A stretch of DNA of 54,251 nt from Nitrospirota bacterium (GCA_040754455.1 JBFMCP010000019.1:6385-60635); one strand, 5' to 3'; counted from the stretch's first letter, positions 17,811 to 27,448 are shown. Notes: a model not told the origin generated them from the sequence alone. A program made the numbers and translations.

Positions 17811-18666
17811 AGTTAGAGTTTTTTAGTACTTTATACACCACCGCAAAGTCCTGCTCTTCCATATTCTTCGAGAACGTCATGCCGAAAAGCTCTTTTGCGA
17901 TGCTGCCAGTGAAGAGCGGCCGCTTGAGCGCCCATGCGAGGTCATGCAGGTAGTGGAGGTCTTTGTACATCAATGACGCCTTGAAATGGGCGGAGAAATC
18001 CTCTTTCAGCAGCTTTTCCTTCTTTGCATTGAGGACGCCGGAGTTTCCGGCGCCCGCGCCCAGGACTTCGAGCACCTTGTCTCTGGCGATACCCGCCTCC
18101 TCGCCGAAGGCGAGGGCTTCGGCAATGGTCGCCATGAAGCTGCCGAGACAGAGATTGTTGATGAGCTTCATCTTGGTGGCGAGTGTCGGCTTGTCGAGGT
18201 GGAAAATATTCTTGCCGATCTTCTGGAGCAGGGGATGCACTCTGTCGAAGGCGCTCTTTTCGCCGCTCACCAGCACAGTGAGCGCGCCCTGCGATGCAGG
18301 CACGATGCTGCCCAGGACAGGAGATTCCAGATACGTTGCTCCCTGAGCTTTCATCATCTCATGGAAATCGATCACTTCATCGTAATGATTGGTAGTGGTA
18401 TCAACGATGACCTTTCCTTTACAGTCTCCTTTCAGGAGGCCGTTGTCGGCAGTGAGCACCGACCGGACAGCATTGCTGTCGAAGAGATTGACAAAGATGA
18501 CATCCGCTTTCGAGGTCAATTGTGCGGGGCTATCGGCTATCTCAACGCCGAGGTCTGCTGCCTTCCCTTTGGTTCTATTCCAGACGACCATATCCGTCCC
18601 CTCGGAAATGAGCCGCTGCGCGATTGCCTTGCCGAGATGACCGAGGCCGATGAATCCTGTCTTCAT
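17806..18666 (-). CDS. NAD(P)-dependent 3-hydroxyisobutyrate dehydrogenase-family oxidoreductase
   Basis: GFIGLGHLG, WNRT, SPVLGS, KLINN and KDL motifs; SD GGAGG. Confidence 0.9.
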   Translation of the reverse strand: MKTGFIGLGHLGKAIAQRLISEGTDMVVWNRTKGKAADLGVEIADSPAQLTSKADVIFVNLFDSNAVRSVLTADNGLLKGDCKGKVIVDTTTNHYDEVIDFHEMMKAQGATYLESPVLGSIVPASQGALTVLVSGEKSAFDRVHPLLQKIGKNIFHLDKPTLATKMKLINNLCLGSFMATIAEALAFGEEAGIARDKVLEVLGAGAGNSGVLNAKKEKLLKEDFSAHFKASLMYKDLHYLHDLAWALKRPLFTGSIAKELFGMTFSKNMEEQDFAVVYKVLKNSNS

Positions 18667-18973
18667 GAGCACACCTCCTGAACATTTTTATAAATCATAT
18701 CATATTGAGGATTCATGTAATGCAGGCAGGGAGATGGCGGAAAGGAGCTTAATTGAGCTTCGTTATACTTTCACTGAGGTTTTGAACTCTTATACCACCT
18801 TTTTTTGATAGAGAAGTGTGGCATCTCTATTCCAATAATTTGCGCATAAGAAAGCTCCTCGGAGTGCCCCTCCCTCTAAAAACAAACTCAACCGCACACG
18901 TCCTGATGTATGGCTTACTATGGATTACCAGGGATTGCACGAATATAGGTGATGCTCTATAATACCCGTAAGT

Positions 18974-19666
18974 ATGGAGAAGCTTTCGAAGAGCAGAGTC
19001 TACGAAATCGCGAAGACTTCGGGAGAGCTTTCCGAAGTCGACCTCTCGGGCGTTGACCTGAGCGGCTTCGACCTGAGCGGCGTCAGCTTCAGACATGCCG
19101 ATCTCCATGGCGCAAACCTTTCAAAGGCAAACCTTAACGGTGCAGACCTTTCAGGTGCCAATCTTTCCGGCGCCGATGTCAGCAGTGCGAATCTTACCGG
19201 CGCAAAGCTCGTGGGTGCCAACCTCGAAAAGGCCGACCTCAACCACTCGACGATGATAGGAGCGGACTTCAGCGGCGCCCATATGAAGAAAGTGAATTTG
19301 ATGCTCGCCAATCTTTCGGGAGCTCGCATGAGAGAGGCCGACCTTACTGAAGCAGTATTGCGGCAGGCCGAGGTGGGAGCTGCAAACCTTATTGTGGCGA
19401 AAATGAATTATGTGAATGCCTACGGCGCCAGCTTCATCGCAGCGGACCTCACCGAGGCCGAGCTGCGGGGGGCCGAGATGACCAAGGCTGATCTCAATGC
19501 GGCAAATCTGAGAGGAGCGGACCTGGAGAACGCCACCATTCTCAATGCCAATGTCCATGCCGCCGACCTCCGCGATGCGAACCTCACCGGCGCCAGGCTG
19601 GGCGGCACCGACCTGAGCCGCGCAAAGCTCAACGGCACAAGGCCCCCGATGAGCAGCTCTGCATAG
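18974..19666 (+). CDS. Pentapeptide repeat protein
   Basis: About 40 tandem A(D/N)Lxx pentapeptides. Confidence 0.92.
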   Translation: MEKLSKSRVYEIAKTSGELSEVDLSGVDLSGFDLSGVSFRHADLHGANLSKANLNGADLSGANLSGADVSSANLTGAKLVGANLEKADLNHSTMIGADFSGAHMKKVNLMLANLSGARMREADLTEAVLRQAEVGAANLIVAKMNYVNAYGASFIAADLTEAELRGAEMTKADLNAANLRGADLENATILNANVHAADLRDANLTGARLGGTDLSRAKLNGTRPPMSSSA

Positions 19667-19863
19667 GTGCTTCCCGTCCTTGACACTCCTCTGTTCCCGT
19701 GATACTTATTTATTAGAAAGGGAATCCCTTTCCGGTACGTTACAGCTGCATCATACCAACCGGTGTGCCTGAGCAGTTGCATCCTTCCCAAGATCCGGAG
19801 CAGCGGCTTCAACCTCGATCGCTTAACCGCTCACCGGCTCGCTCTGCAGAAAGGAGAAAAGCT

Positions 19864-20442
19864 ATGGCGAAAAAGAATATAGCGGTATTCGGAATTTATC
19901 CTGATCGTCTGAAACTCGAAGAGGGCATCGAGGCGCTGAGGAGGGCGGGGTTCCGGAATACGGATATCTCGGTGCTTTTTCCTGAGAACGAAGGCTCAAA
20001 GGACTTCGCCCACGAAAAGCACACCAAGGCGCCTGAAGGTGCGGTAAGCGGCAGTATCCCGGGTGCAATCATCGGCGGGGCGCTGGGATGGCTTGTCGGG
20101 ATCGGTGCCTTGACCATACCGGGCGCCGGGCTTTTTATTGCAGCGGGTCCGATCGTTTCACTCCTCGCGGGGATTGGAGCAGGAGGGGTGATCGGCGAGC
20201 TGGCAGGGGCGCTTATCGGCCTCGGCATCCCCGAGTACGAGGCAAAGCGGTATGCCGGTCGCATCAGGAAGGGCGGCATCCTGCTCTCGGTGCATTGCGA
20301 CAATGCCGATTGGTCGAAACGCGCTGAGAATGTTCTTGAGCGGACTGGTGCCGAGGATGTCGCCGCACACCATGAGGAAAAGCCCGATTTTGCGGAGAGC
20401 ATCAAGCCCGTCTCGCGCGGAAAGGAAGGATCGGAGTTCTAG
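19864..20442 (+). CDS. General-stress / DUF3341-like membrane protein with glycine zipper
   Basis: VFGIY...L..AGF...ISVL, GxxxG-rich hairpin, GIPEYEAKRY...GGILLSVH; SD AAGGAG. Confidence 0.8.
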   Translation: MAKKNIAVFGIYPDRLKLEEGIEALRRAGFRNTDISVLFPENEGSKDFAHEKHTKAPEGAVSGSIPGAIIGGALGWLVGIGALTIPGAGLFIAAGPIVSLLAGIGAGGVIGELAGALIGLGIPEYEAKRYAGRIRKGGILLSVHCDNADWSKRAENVLERTGAEDVAAHHEEKPDFAESIKPVSRGKEGSEF

Positions 20443-20482
20443 CAGAACAGAAAATGGCGGTAAAAGGGTAAAGAGAAAAGGA

Positions 20483-20507
20483 GAAGGCTGCCCGCTGAGC
20501 AGCCTTC
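20483..20507. terminator. Hairpin between convergent CDS and tRNA-Pro
   Basis: GAAGGCTGC-CCGCTGA-GCAGCCTTC. Confidence 0.55.
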
Positions 20508-20535
20508 TTGATTAAAAGGGTTTTTTGAAGGGATA

Positions 20536-20609
20536 TCGGGGCGAGAGGATTCGAACCTCCGACTTCACGGTCCCGAACCGTGCGCGCTACCAGACTGCGC
20601 TACGCCCCG
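20536..20609 (-). tRNA. tRNA-Pro(CGG), CCA not encoded
   Basis: CGGGGCGTAGCGCAGTCTGGTAGCGCG-CACGG-TTCGGGA-CCGTG...GGTTCGAATCC...GCCCCGA, followed by TAT. Confidence 0.96.
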
Positions 20610-20716
20610 GAAAGATATATGATAGCATAAAGAAGGGTGCCGCGTCTCCATTAAATTGCATATTTCCCATCGAAGTCAGTTACTTTCTTTTCACCACAGG
20701 AAGTTTTTCAGAGGAC

Positions 20717-21766
20717 TTATTTCGGAATGGTGAAGATGAAGTTGGGATGGTGGTCCCACGTGTTTTCGTACCACATATCGCCGCCGTGCTTCGCAATAAG
20801 CTCCCTGCTGATCGTAAGCCCGAGGCCGGTGCTCTCCTGGCTTTCGAACCGTTCGAATATTTTCGTTCTCATTTCATCGGGAACAGGGGGGCCGCTGTTG
20901 AACACATTGAGCTTGTAGTGGTCATCCTTATCTTCGAAGCCGAAGGCGATGTATCCTCCCGCTGCATACCGTATCGCGTTGCGGATAAGGTTCCGGTAGA
21001 CGATTCTGATCCAATGGATATTGGCCTTTATGATGATCCTGTTGCCCGGAATCGCTCCCAAGGTGTTGTCGATTCTGATGTTGTTTGCCTCTATGTCCGA
21101 TGAAAACTCATCGAGAATAGGGTCGATGATATCCTGCCGGAGATCGAGATACTCTTTCTCGGGCATCTTTGCGTTCATGAGCGATGATTTGCAGAGGTAC
21201 CCGCTCACAATCTTCTCCAGGTGGCTTATTCTGGCGGAGATATCTGCAAGGGTGACCTTGACGCTCTCGTCAATCATACCGAAGGCGCCCCGGCTGAGGA
21301 GTTTTATCGTGCTCCCTATCGACACCAGGGGGCCTCTGATGTCATGCGACGCGATACTCAGCATGTCGAGAATGTGCCGTTCTCTTTCAATCCGTTCGGT
21401 GACATCCCGGCAGACTCCCATTATGCCGATCGTATTCCCTTCGTTGTCTTTCCAGGGGACTTTGGTAACCGAGAGCCAGAGCTCAGATCCTTTCGGGCAT
21501 GCTCTTCTTTCTATCTTGTCCTTGATAGGCTCTCCTGTTTCCATTATTTTTTTATCCTCACGGAACAGCTCTTCGGCCTGTTCTCGTGGCAGGAAGTCAG
21601 AATCCGTTTTGCCGATCATATCATGGACAGAGGCATTCGCATACACCGCGCAGGTATTGCTGACCGATACGAATCTGCCGTGAAGGTCTTTGAAATAGAT
21701 AAAATCGGGAATGCTCTGCATGAGCGCTTTCATCATCTCGGCGCATGAGCTGCTGTCGTGTATCAT
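20717..21766 (-). CDS. PAS-domain sensor histidine kinase (cytoplasmic, orphan)
   Basis: PAS/PAC (IYFKDLHGRF...RDVTE), H-box SHDIRGPL, N-box NLIRNAIRY, G2 GLGL. Confidence 0.9.
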   Translation of the reverse strand: MIHDSSSCAEMMKALMQSIPDFIYFKDLHGRFVSVSNTCAVYANASVHDMIGKTDSDFLPREQAEELFREDKKIMETGEPIKDKIERRACPKGSELWLSVTKVPWKDNEGNTIGIMGVCRDVTERIERERHILDMLSIASHDIRGPLVSIGSTIKLLSRGAFGMIDESVKVTLADISARISHLEKIVSGYLCKSSLMNAKMPEKEYLDLRQDIIDPILDEFSSDIEANNIRIDNTLGAIPGNRIIIKANIHWIRIVYRNLIRNAIRYAAGGYIAFGFEDKDDHYKLNVFNSGPPVPDEMRTKIFERFESQESTGLGLTISRELIAKHGGDMWYENTWDHHPNFIFTIPK

Positions 21767-21878
21767 TGGTGGCGGTCCCCCCCGGGCACGAACTATGTCC
21801 TGAAATTATATCGAAGACATAATATGCTGACATTTGCCGTTAAGTCAATAGCTTCAAATAGCGGTTTCTGCCGAGGTC

Positions 21879-21930
21879 TCTGCACAAAAAAAGCAGGAGA
21901 CGGTTCCGTCTCCTGCTTTTTTTGTGCAGA
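21879..21930. terminator. Bidirectional intrinsic terminator of the glutamate synthase operon
   Basis: Perfect 25-bp inverted repeat TCTGCACAAAAAAAGCAGGAGACGG-TT-CCGTCTCCTGCTTTTTTTGTGCAGA. Confidence 0.85.
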
Positions 21931-21942
21931 GCCGGGGTGCGA

Positions 21943-24348
21943 CTATACGTTCTCTTTCATCTCCCATACACCGCACGGGCAGATTCCGGCGCAGAAGCCG
22001 CAGCCGATGCACTTGTCTTCATCGACCACGTATTCGAAGAAGCCGTCGCCGAGATCGTTCCTGCTGATGGCGCCCCAGTAGCAGGTCGCCTCGCACATAT
22101 GGCAATCGCGGCAGGTGGCGCACGACAGGCACTTGTTCGCCTCTTTTTCGGGCGCGAAGTCGCCGCGGCAGACATCGTAGTACTCGGTCTTTATCCGCTC
22201 ATAGGGAATGACCTGCTTGACCTCCGGTGCCCTCGGTGCGTGCATGATCTGGTAATGCACCATCTCGGCAGCGACACGTCCCTGCCCGATAGCATGAGTG
22301 ACGAGGCCGAGGCCGGTTGCATCTCCGATCGCAAAGACCTTTACATCCGACGTCTGATAGATGTCGTTGACCTTCAACCACCCCTTTTCGGTATGGACAC
22401 TCGGGGGCAGGAAGTCGAGCACCGGCAGATCACCGACGGACATAACGACGATATCAGCATCAAGGGACGAGCCGTCCTTGAAGTAGAGCTTTCTTTCTGC
22501 AGCGTCGTACCGCTCGGTGAATTTCGGCCAGACGATCCGGGTGCCTTTGGCAACCGCTGTCTCTACCTCTTTGCCGAAGGCCGCGGGCTTCTGGATATCG
22601 ACGGCAATGACCGACTCGGCGCCGTAGTTGTACGCCTCTGACGCGACGTCCATGCCGACATTACCGGCACCGATGACGACCACTTTCTTCCCTTTGACAT
22701 CGGGATGATTGCCGCTGTTGATATTTCTGAGGAAGTCGTATGCTGATTCGGCATGCTCCGAGCCGGGGAACGCAATGATCCTCGGTTTGTGCGCGCCGAC
22801 CGCAACAATGACGACCTCATTGTCCCGATATATCTGCGCAAATTTCTCTTTATCTACCTTTGCATTGAGGTGCACGTTGACGCCCAGCTCCTTGAACCGC
22901 GAAAGCTCCTTCTCGAGAATCTGGTGCGGCAGACGCTCTCTCGGAATGCAGAGCTCGATTTTTCCACCCAGCCTGTCCGCAGCCTCGTAAAGATCGACGT
23001 AATGACCTTTCAATGCCAGCTGCCACGCAGCGCTCAACCCTGCGGGACCGCCGCCGATGACCGCCACACTGTGGCCGGTCGGCTTCTCCTTTTTGGGGGC
23101 CGGCAGGTCCAGGGCAAGGCTGCCCAGCTTGTCGATCCGGAGCGGCTTGTCGATCTGTCCTCTGGTGCAGCTCTGCATGCAGAGGTTGGGGCAGATCTGT
23201 CCGCAGACCGTTGCGGGGAGTGGGCTGTACTGTAGCACCAGCTCGAGCGAATCCCGGAGCAGGCCCTGCCTGATGAGTGCCGCTCTCTTGTGCGAAGGAA
23301 TCCTGGTCGGGCATGCATACGCGCAGGGCGGATCGTACTTCTCATTCGCCCATATCGGCTTGTTGCGTCGCTCTTTGCCAGTCGTGATGTAAGGCAATAT
23401 CGTCAACTCGTGATCGAGATACTCGGCAAAGATGCCGCCCGGTCCGACCTCTTTCTCCCACATGTTCTTCCTGAAGTCGGAGGTGGACATTTTAAACTTC
23501 TTCCTTGCCGCCTTTTCCTGAGGTGTATAGGCGATGAGCTTTTTCCAATCGTTTATGGAGCGGGTAAGCTCATCGTAGTACTCCATCCTCTCGATTGCTT
23601 CGAGGTAGGGCTTCATATTGGTGGTGAGCCATTCCCAATCCTGCGGCGTGAGATCAAGGAGTTGTACATCCTTCTCGCTGTAGCCCTGGATGGGGCCGCG
23701 GAAGTAGATGGCGCCGCCCACCATACCCACGCAGGGGCGATACCCGAGCACGTTTTCGGGGTTCCTCGGATTGACACCGCAGACAACGGCGATGCCGCCT
23801 GCCTTGAACTCGGCAAAGGAATCGCCTACATTCCTGAAGTACCAGGATTGCGGGGGATCGAAGCGCGGGTTGCGCTTGGTCATGGTATCACACCGCGCGC
23901 CGCCGCTGCCCTGCACATAGAGGATGCCCTGGGCCGCAGCATTGAAGGCGCCGTTCGTGGCATCGCCCAGAACAGTGATCTTGGCACCACAGTTCAGCCA
24001 CCCCACATCGTCAGAGACGCTTCCCTTTACGAGTATCTCGGTGCCGGGCATTCCCATACTGCCGAGGCGCTGGCCTGCGGTCCCCTCGACAATGATCTTG
24101 ATTACTTCTCCTCTCGGCCAGATGCGTCCGCCGATGCCGTGCTGTCCGTTGGCGATGATGCGCAGCTCACGCGCGCCTTCCTGCACCGCATGCTGTATAT
24201 GCTCTTCGAGGATACGCGACGGCACTCTCTTGCCGTTCACCGTGCCTTTAATGACGCTCTTTGTATCCGCAATCTGTTCCGCCGGCTGCTTTTTCGATTC
24301 CGCCTTCTGTCTTCTGGCTTCTGTGTTCTGTTTCTTCTTAGCACGCAT
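21943..24348 (-). CDS. Glutamate synthase subunit: GXGXG (GltB3-like) domain fused to GltD-like FAD/NAD(P)H oxidoreductase and ferredoxin
   Basis: Gly-rich beta-helix at the N-terminus, Fe-S Cys motifs (CAYACP, CGQICPNLCMQSC), GGGPAG, GAGNVGMD, two C-terminal 4Fe-4S motifs. Confidence 0.85.
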   Translation of the reverse strand: MRAKKKQNTEARRQKAESKKQPAEQIADTKSVIKGTVNGKRVPSRILEEHIQHAVQEGARELRIIANGQHGIGGRIWPRGEVIKIIVEGTAGQRLGSMGMPGTEILVKGSVSDDVGWLNCGAKITVLGDATNGAFNAAAQGILYVQGSGGARCDTMTKRNPRFDPPQSWYFRNVGDSFAEFKAGGIAVVCGVNPRNPENVLGYRPCVGMVGGAIYFRGPIQGYSEKDVQLLDLTPQDWEWLTTNMKPYLEAIERMEYYDELTRSINDWKKLIAYTPQEKAARKKFKMSTSDFRKNMWEKEVGPGGIFAEYLDHELTILPYITTGKERRNKPIWANEKYDPPCAYACPTRIPSHKRAALIRQGLLRDSLELVLQYSPLPATVCGQICPNLCMQSCTRGQIDKPLRIDKLGSLALDLPAPKKEKPTGHSVAVIGGGPAGLSAAWQLALKGHYVDLYEAADRLGGKIELCIPRERLPHQILEKELSRFKELGVNVHLNAKVDKEKFAQIYRDNEVVIVAVGAHKPRIIAFPGSEHAESAYDFLRNINSGNHPDVKGKKVVVIGAGNVGMDVASEAYNYGAESVIAVDIQKPAAFGKEVETAVAKGTRIVWPKFTERYDAAERKLYFKDGSSLDADIVVMSVGDLPVLDFLPPSVHTEKGWLKVNDIYQTSDVKVFAIGDATGLGLVTHAIGQGRVAAEMVHYQIMHAPRAPEVKQVIPYERIKTEYYDVCRGDFAPEKEANKCLSCATCRDCHMCEATCYWGAISRNDLGDGFFEYVVDEDKCIGCGFCAGICPCGVWEMKENV

Positions 24349-25999
24349 AGCTGATTCCCAACCTCTCTGCCATTGCTTTATCGTCGATGCTCAAACCGTC
24401 GGACATGCCGATCGGCAGCTCGGTGCTCCTGCCCATGGGAGCGAAGAGTTTCCTCAGCTCCACGTCGGCGGCCTTGAAAACCTCCACCACGCGCTCTGCA
24501 ACCTTATCTGAATCGAGTCTCCGGTAGAGCTTCGGATCCTGGGTAGTGATACCCCTCGGGCATTTTCCGGTGTTGCAGAGATTGCAACGGTTGTTTTCGT
24601 CGCCGAAACAGTCTGCTGCTGCCTGCATGATGTATTTGCCGATGGCAACGCCCGATGCGCCGAGCATGATGAGCGCCGCCGCATTCGCTGCGAGATGGCC
24701 TTTCTTACCGATGCCGCCGGCAGCGATGAGCGGGAGCTCGTTCTGTTTGCCCTGTTTGACGAGATCGAGATAGCATTCACGGATGTTTGATGCGATGGGA
24801 TGCCCCATCTTGTCCATTGATACGTTGTAGGCTGCGCCGGTGCCGCCATCCTCTCCGTCGATGCAGAGCGCTGCAGCGTAGGGATTTCTGGCGAGGTTGT
24901 TGAGCACCGCCTTCGCGGTCTTGCTGCCCGATATCTTCGGGTAGACCGGCACCCTGAAGCCCCAGGCCATGGACATGGACTGGATCATCTTCGCGACCGC
25001 TTCCTCGATGGAGTACTTGGTCTGGTGTGTGGGCGGCGAAGCGAGATCGACGAACTGGGGGACGCCGCGGATCTTCGCGATGAGCTTCAGCACCTTCTGC
25101 GCCATGAGCAGACCGCCGTCACCCGGCTTCGCACCCTGACCGTACTTGATCTCGATAGCTGCCGGGTCTTCGACCATGTGGGGCAGGGCATGGATGATTT
25201 CATCCCAGCCGAAATAGCCTGACGCGATCTGTATGATGAAATACTTGAGATACTTCGATCTCAGGAGCCGCGGCGGCATGCCGCCTTCCCCTGAGGCCAT
25301 TACAACCGGCAGTCCCTCTACCTCATTCAGATAGGCGACACCCATGGCGAGTCCTTCCCACATCGGAGGGGAAAGGGCGCCTACGGACATGCTACCGATC
25401 ATGATCGGAAATATCTCACGCACCGGAGGGACGAAGATGTCCCTCTTACTGTCGATGATGAGATGGCCGTTGTCCCTTGTCAACGGCAGATCTTCGGGAT
25501 GCATGATCCTCCCCAGCAGGGTGCGGATGCGGAACTCGTGTCTGCCGGCATCCAGCGCCGGGTCGGTGAGCATCGATATCCTGGTGAATTTGATCCGGTC
25601 GAGGGTCGAGGCATTGGGATCGTTTCTCCTTCCGCCTCTCTTATAACCGTCGCCGCCCTTGTTCTTATAGTGAAGGAACTTATTGTGCGGATTGAATTCA
25701 GGCTCGATCGCCTCATTGGGACAGACGAGAGCGCAGGTCCCACAGCCGGTACAGTAACGCTCCATATCCATGACCTGCTCCACCACATGGGTGATCGAGC
25801 GGACCGCATTCGGCGTCGGAACAGGTCCTTCGGACCTGACGATGCGCTGCACCCTCACTGCCGGCTGGATCGCTTTAACAGGGCAAACCGCCGTGCATCT
25901 GCCGCAGCGCTTGCACCGGTCGTCTCTCCAGCGGATGATATAGGGAAACTCCTTTATCGAAAGTTGATGATTATGGTCTAACCGTGAAGCTGGTTCCAT
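24338..25999 (-). CDS. Glutamate synthase FMN-binding subunit (GltB2-like) with N-terminal ferredoxin
   Basis: Two CxxCxxCxxxCP motifs, MSVGALS, SGEGG, EIKYGQGAKPGDGG, DGEDGGTGAA, and the CNTGKCPRGITTQ 3Fe-4S motif. Confidence 0.9.
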   Translation of the reverse strand: MEPASRLDHNHQLSIKEFPYIIRWRDDRCKRCGRCTAVCPVKAIQPAVRVQRIVRSEGPVPTPNAVRSITHVVEQVMDMERYCTGCGTCALVCPNEAIEPEFNPHNKFLHYKNKGGDGYKRGGRRNDPNASTLDRIKFTRISMLTDPALDAGRHEFRIRTLLGRIMHPEDLPLTRDNGHLIIDSKRDIFVPPVREIFPIMIGSMSVGALSPPMWEGLAMGVAYLNEVEGLPVVMASGEGGMPPRLLRSKYLKYFIIQIASGYFGWDEIIHALPHMVEDPAAIEIKYGQGAKPGDGGLLMAQKVLKLIAKIRGVPQFVDLASPPTHQTKYSIEEAVAKMIQSMSMAWGFRVPVYPKISGSKTAKAVLNNLARNPYAAALCIDGEDGGTGAAYNVSMDKMGHPIASNIRECYLDLVKQGKQNELPLIAAGGIGKKGHLAANAAALIMLGASGVAIGKYIMQAAADCFGDENNRCNLCNTGKCPRGITTQDPKLYRRLDSDKVAERVVEVFKAADVELRKLFAPMGRSTELPIGMSDGLSIDDKAMAERLGISYAC

Positions 26000-27087
26000 A
26001 CCCGTACCTCCTCTGCCTGCGGCGAAATGATCACCATATCGTATTTCATGGGGAATATGTCTTTTGACCTATCTCTCTTGGGGATCACGCTGTCAACGCC
26101 ACATTCCTCGGACATCAATGCATATTTCCCCTTTACCCCGCCGACCACACCGGGCCTGAGCTTTTTGGCATCATGCACCATGAAGACAGTGCCGTCGGGG
26201 GTGAACCCTATAACGACATTGGGCCCGTCAATGCAGAGAGGCCGCAACGATTGCTTTATGAGCTTGAGCGCCTGCCGGTCGGGACGCTCTTCGATCTCCG
26301 AAGCCTTGAGCGGAGTGATGACGTCTTTATAATAGTGAAGAGGAAAGCCCAGCTGACGAACCGTATAGTGCAATATGTGGGTAAAGACCTCGCTGTCGCT
26401 GTTGTACCCCATATATCCCGGGAAGCCCCTGCTCGAGAGGAATTCCCTGATGGGGACGAAGGCGGTATTCTCGCCGTTCGTCATCGTGCAGAAACCCTGA
26501 ATGAAGAAAGGATGGCAGGCATAAAGATAGATGGCGTAGTTGGTATTCTGCCTTCCCTGTGCCAGGACGATCCTCGCTTTGACGTTATCGTTGTCGAGAC
26601 CGAAGTATTCGGCGACCTGAAGGGGATCTCCTACCTCCTTCAATGTGAGCACATCGGGATAAAAAGAAAAGACAAAGAGCGACTCGTCAGGCTCGCCCGA
26701 TTTCCTCAGCGCCAGACGGGTATTCATGAGGAGGTTTTCCTTTTCGCTCATTGCTTTATTTCTATACGCTGCAGGATAATCATAAGCACGCGCAAAGTAG
26801 TGGTCGCGGCCAATGATACCTTTCACCGGCGTTATCTTCGGCTTCCATTCATACTTCAGCGTAAAGCCGTGTTTTTTCATGTACTCATCAAGCGTCTTTT
26901 TTCCCTCTTTTGATGCAATGCCGGACAGGATGGGATATTTTTTCAGCTTTTCAAATACGCCGCCCAGGTCCTTGAGCGTCAGTCCGAGACCTGATCCGTC
27001 ATGTCCCTCTTTCATGGTCTCGAGGGCCAGGACAGGCTCCATCGGCGAGATATACTCTTTCGATGTTACTGCTGCCAGTCTGCACAT
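25978..27087 (-). CDS. Glutamate synthase glutamine amidotransferase subunit (GltB1-like, Ntn class II)
   Basis: N-terminal Met-Cys nucleophile; RQNTN, HPF, NGE, DSE, DGP and LRP motifs. Confidence 0.88.
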   Translation of the reverse strand: MCRLAAVTSKEYISPMEPVLALETMKEGHDGSGLGLTLKDLGGVFEKLKKYPILSGIASKEGKKTLDEYMKKHGFTLKYEWKPKITPVKGIIGRDHYFARAYDYPAAYRNKAMSEKENLLMNTRLALRKSGEPDESLFVFSFYPDVLTLKEVGDPLQVAEYFGLDNDNVKARIVLAQGRQNTNYAIYLYACHPFFIQGFCTMTNGENTAFVPIREFLSSRGFPGYMGYNSDSEVFTHILHYTVRQLGFPLHYYKDVITPLKASEIEERPDRQALKLIKQSLRPLCIDGPNVVIGFTPDGTVFMVHDAKKLRPGVVGGVKGKYALMSEECGVDSVIPKRDRSKDIFPMKYDMVIISPQAEEVRVWNQLHG

Positions 27088-27119
27088 AGTGATTACCTCG
27101 ATTGTTATCGCTTACCATT

Positions 27120-27214
27120 AAAAAAAGCGTCTATACCGGTACTTCGGTATGCGACGCCGTGTCGGTAGCCGTTTGCCGTTCATTATTATAGATGATTATT
27201 TGATGCATTTTCAA
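27120..27214 (-). promoter_or_regulatory. Promoter plus leader attenuator (terminator with overlapping small hairpins) of the glt operon
   Basis: TTGAAA-18-TATAAT, then GGC-AAACG-GCT and CGAC-ACGGC-GTCG; the latter overlaps the terminator GCGTC..ATACCG/CGGTAT.GACGC-T7. Confidence 0.65.
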
Positions 27215-27448
27215 TACAACGAAGGCACTGTTTCTTGACAAAATTTATTGTTGAGGGCTTACGCGTTTAGGCAAAAATTGGGCATAAGGGATGGAAATGT
27301 ATTTACCATCGGGGTGCGCGGGTGAGGAGCCTCATAAAACGGACCCCGACGCGTATGAGTTCGGAGCTTTATGAGATAAGAGAAAGAGGATATCCTCCTG
27401 TTGCGCAATCCGCCGTACCTGCCGGTAAAATGTGGTATTCTATGCCTT

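Noticed and set aside
18974..19666. CRISPR-like or tandem DNA repeat; Qnr resistance gene
   Set aside because: The 15-nt periodicity comes from pentapeptide coding, and nothing specific supports a Qnr assignment.
27118..27183. Arg-rich 21-aa leader peptide MNGKRLPTRRRIPKYRYRRFF upstream of the glt operon
   Set aside because: Its ATG lies 1 nt after the TATAAT, upstream of the expected TSS, and has no SD. It would matter only if a further upstream promoter exists.
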